Positions 62,360 through 64,000 of a stretch of 64,000 nucleotides of DNA are shown here, in pieces (the first letter of the stretch is position 1; every line of letters starts with the position of its first letter). A model generated the notes under the pieces. The model was not told the origin of the DNA, did not search any database, and worked only from the letters and a program-made list of their open reading frames with translations. The position numbers and the translations under genes were made by a program. This stretch comes from an uncultured Myxococcales bacterium (GTDB taxonomy: Bacteria > Myxococcota_A > Polyangia > Fen-1088): assembly GCA_964546845.1 (NCBI GenBank), contig CAZJMY010000792.1:83092-147091 (forward strand). Reading direction: 5' to 3'.

Positions 62360-63808
62360 TCAGGGGGAACCCGTCTCGTAGAGTCCCAGCTCGGAGATGG
62401 CGGGCGCGCCGCGGGCCGACGTGATCACCAGGGCGACGGCTTCGGCGGCGACGGGGGGCAGGCGGAAGAGCTTTCGCTGGCCGATCGACGTGCCGGTGGC
62501 GATTGTCGTCCAGGTCCCGTTCATGCGGGCGTCGACGTGGAACTGGGTGGTTCGTTCGCCCAGCGCGATCGGCTCCTGGATACTGATCAGATCGAATGAT
62601 CGTGCGCCGTCGAGCGCGACTTCCAGCCGCCCGCTGGTGACGGCTCTGGCGGCGGCCCAATAGGTGTCGAGCTTGCCGTCGAAGGCGGATGCCGCGCCGT
62701 AGGCCTGCGCCCCGTCGAACACTGAATCGGCGGTCGCCGCCCGCCCTGCCGCCACGTTCGCGCCGTAGAGCGCGGTGACACCCGCGCCGAACTGACCCAG
62801 GGCGGCGACGTCGGCGTCCGCCAGAAGCCCGTCCGTGTCGGGCGGGACGTTGAGACGAAGCATGCTGTTTCGCCCGACCGCGCCGACGTACAGCCCGACG
62901 AGCGTGCTCGCGGACTTGACCTTGCTGTCTTCAGCGGCGTGCCAGAACCAGCTCGGGCGAATCGAGTAGGCCCACTCGGCCGGAGTCCATGCGTTGGTGG
63001 CCGGCGCATCCGTCGGTGCCTGCACGCTCGACTGATCGGCCGCGGCCGACGAGTCGAACAGCGCGCGAACGTCGTTGGCGGTCGTCGGCGCCTGATTGGC
63101 CATTTCCAGCAGAGCGCTCGGTTGCAGTCGGTGCACCAGCTCGTGAATCCCGACCCAGTCCAGGCTCGGCGCGCTCGGTTGCTGCCAGAACCAGATCTCG
63201 TCGATGGCGCCGTAGTTGGTCAGAAGCTCGGTCAGCTGGCACTCGAAGACGTCCGCGTAGGCGGGCGTTCCGTAAGTCGGTTCGTGATAATCCAGCGGCG
63301 ACAGCGCAAGGGCGACGCGCACGTTCGCCTCCCGCGCAGCATCGACGAACTCTCGTACGACGTCGCCGTGCCCGCCTCGGAACGGGCTGGCCGCGACCGA
63401 ATAGCTGGTGCACTTCGTCGGCCAGAGGCAGAAGCCGTCGTGGTGCTTCGCCGTCAGCATCGCCTGGCGAAAACCGGCGGCCCGCAAGGTCCCGATCCAC
63501 TGCCGCGCGTCCAGCCCCGTCGGGTTGAACAGCGTCGGGCTGTCGGTGCCGTCGGACAGCTCCTTGTCCGTGAAGGTGTTCAGCCCGAAGTGCAGGAACG
63601 CCGACAGTTCCTGGCTCTCCCACGCGAGCTGTGCCGACGACGGGACCGGCGCCACAGGCGCAGGCGTCGCGATTCCGCTCAGCACCGGCCCCGTCGTCTC
63701 GCAAGCGGGTACGCCGGCGAGGACGGCGACCAGCGCGGTCGCGTTCACGATCGATGGTCGCCTGCGCCGCGGGGGACGGTTGGAGGTGGCGCGTCGATTG
63801 TCCGCCAT
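62360..63808 (-). CDS. GH29 alpha-L-fucosidase with C-terminal F5/8-type-C (discoidin) like domain
   Basis: 'LSAFLHFGLNTFTDKE' and 'MLTAKHHDGFCLWPT' are GH29 signatures. The C-terminal 'NVAAGRAATADSVFDG...AFDGKLDTYWAA' is discoidin-like. Confidence 0.8.
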   Translation of the reverse strand: MADNRRATSNRPPRRRRPSIVNATALVAVLAGVPACETTGPVLSGIATPAPVAPVPSSAQLAWESQELSAFLHFGLNTFTDKELSDGTDSPTLFNPTGLDARQWIGTLRAAGFRQAMLTAKHHDGFCLWPTKCTSYSVAASPFRGGHGDVVREFVDAAREANVRVALALSPLDYHEPTYGTPAYADVFECQLTELLTNYGAIDEIWFWQQPSAPSLDWVGIHELVHRLQPSALLEMANQAPTTANDVRALFDSSAAADQSSVQAPTDAPATNAWTPAEWAYSIRPSWFWHAAEDSKVKSASTLVGLYVGAVGRNSMLRLNVPPDTDGLLADADVAALGQFGAGVTALYGANVAAGRAATADSVFDGAQAYGAASAFDGKLDTYWAAARAVTSGRLEVALDGARSFDLISIQEPIALGERTTQFHVDARMNGTWTTIATGTSIGQRKLFRLPPVAAEAVALVITSARGAPAISELGLYETGSP

Positions 63809-63814
63809 GGTCTC

Positions 63815-64000
63815 CTACCGCAAAACGACCCCCGCGCCCGCGGAGGCCCACCATCCCCCGGCGTCGACGTCGCCGCCGCCTCCGCCGACCGTCCCGCGCA
63901 CGCCCAGCAGATGGACGCCGGCCGACAAGGCCAGCGTGGGATGCACGCGCGCGTACGCCCAGCCGCCGACCTGAACCGTCAGCTCGGGGCCCAGCCAGGC
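63815..64000 (-). CDS. 3' end of a gene running off the window (possible outer-membrane beta-barrel-type C-terminus)
   Basis: An open minus-strand frame runs from the window edge to the TAG at 63815-63817. It encodes '...AWLGPELTVQVGGWAYARVHPTLALSAGVHLLGVRGTVGGGGGDVDAGGWWASAGAGVVLR'. It is not in the ORF track because there is no start codon in the window. Confidence 0.35.
   Translation of the reverse strand, partial: AWLGPELTVQVGGWAYARVHPTLALSAGVHLLGVRGTVGGGGGDVDAGGWWASAGAGVVLR

Overview
Visibly GC-rich bacterial DNA. The gene content (many Cys-rich lipoproteins, a TPR-fused membrane glycosyltransferase, a sigma-54 enhancer-binding protein) suggests a myxobacterium-like genome; that taxon call is inference only. 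About the first 42 kb is accessory or defence DNA, and the last 22 kb looks like ordinary chromosome.

Left to right:
(1) The right end of an IS3-family element.
(2) A three-gene minus-strand module: XRE repressor, coiled-coil protein with a PD-(D/E)xK-like C-terminus, and a SMODS/CD-NTase-like nucleotidyltransferase. A 20-bp operator-like motif occurs twice.
(3) A seven-gene, fully translationally coupled plus-strand operon at 4279-21254. It encodes an excisionase-type HTH, two diverged N6-adenine methyltransferases, an S subunit, a 1379-aa NERD + pseudokinase + kinase + P-loop protein, a 554-aa unknown and an 1824-aa protein with a C-terminal HerA/FtsK-type ATPase. There is no HsdR. This is my top candidate for a non-canonical methylation-linked defence system.
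(4) An integrative island of about 20.7 kb (21415-42135), bounded by an imperfect 36-bp direct repeat that looks like the 3' end (T-arm plus acceptor) of a tRNA or tmRNA. It carries a tyrosine integrase and an excisionase. It also carries rtcR placed divergently from a sigma-54 promoter that appears to drive a tightly packed operon: DUF-Hen1-Pnkp, two unknowns, then a HEPN (Rx4H) protein. This is my second top candidate: RNA repair coupled to a putative RNase. The island further contains an 880-bp non-coding gap full of a CCGG-centred 13-bp motif, a TIGR04255-HEAT-unknown trio, a SIR2-like gene and an AlbA_2/Schlafen-like gene.
(5) Chromosomal genes: a nucleotidyltransferase pair, an APC permease, MOSC proteins, a UrtA/AmiC-like binding protein, a Rieske protein, a MocR-MOSC-rubredoxin fusion ORF, a frameshifted DJ-1/PfpI gene, a run of secreted Cys-rich lipoproteins (including a bulb-lectin protein and a Zn-phospholipase-C-like protein), a GT-C/TPR glycosyltransferase and a GH29 fucosidase.

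No rRNA, no intact tRNA and no CRISPR array were found. All domain calls come from motifs read by eye; no database search was run.
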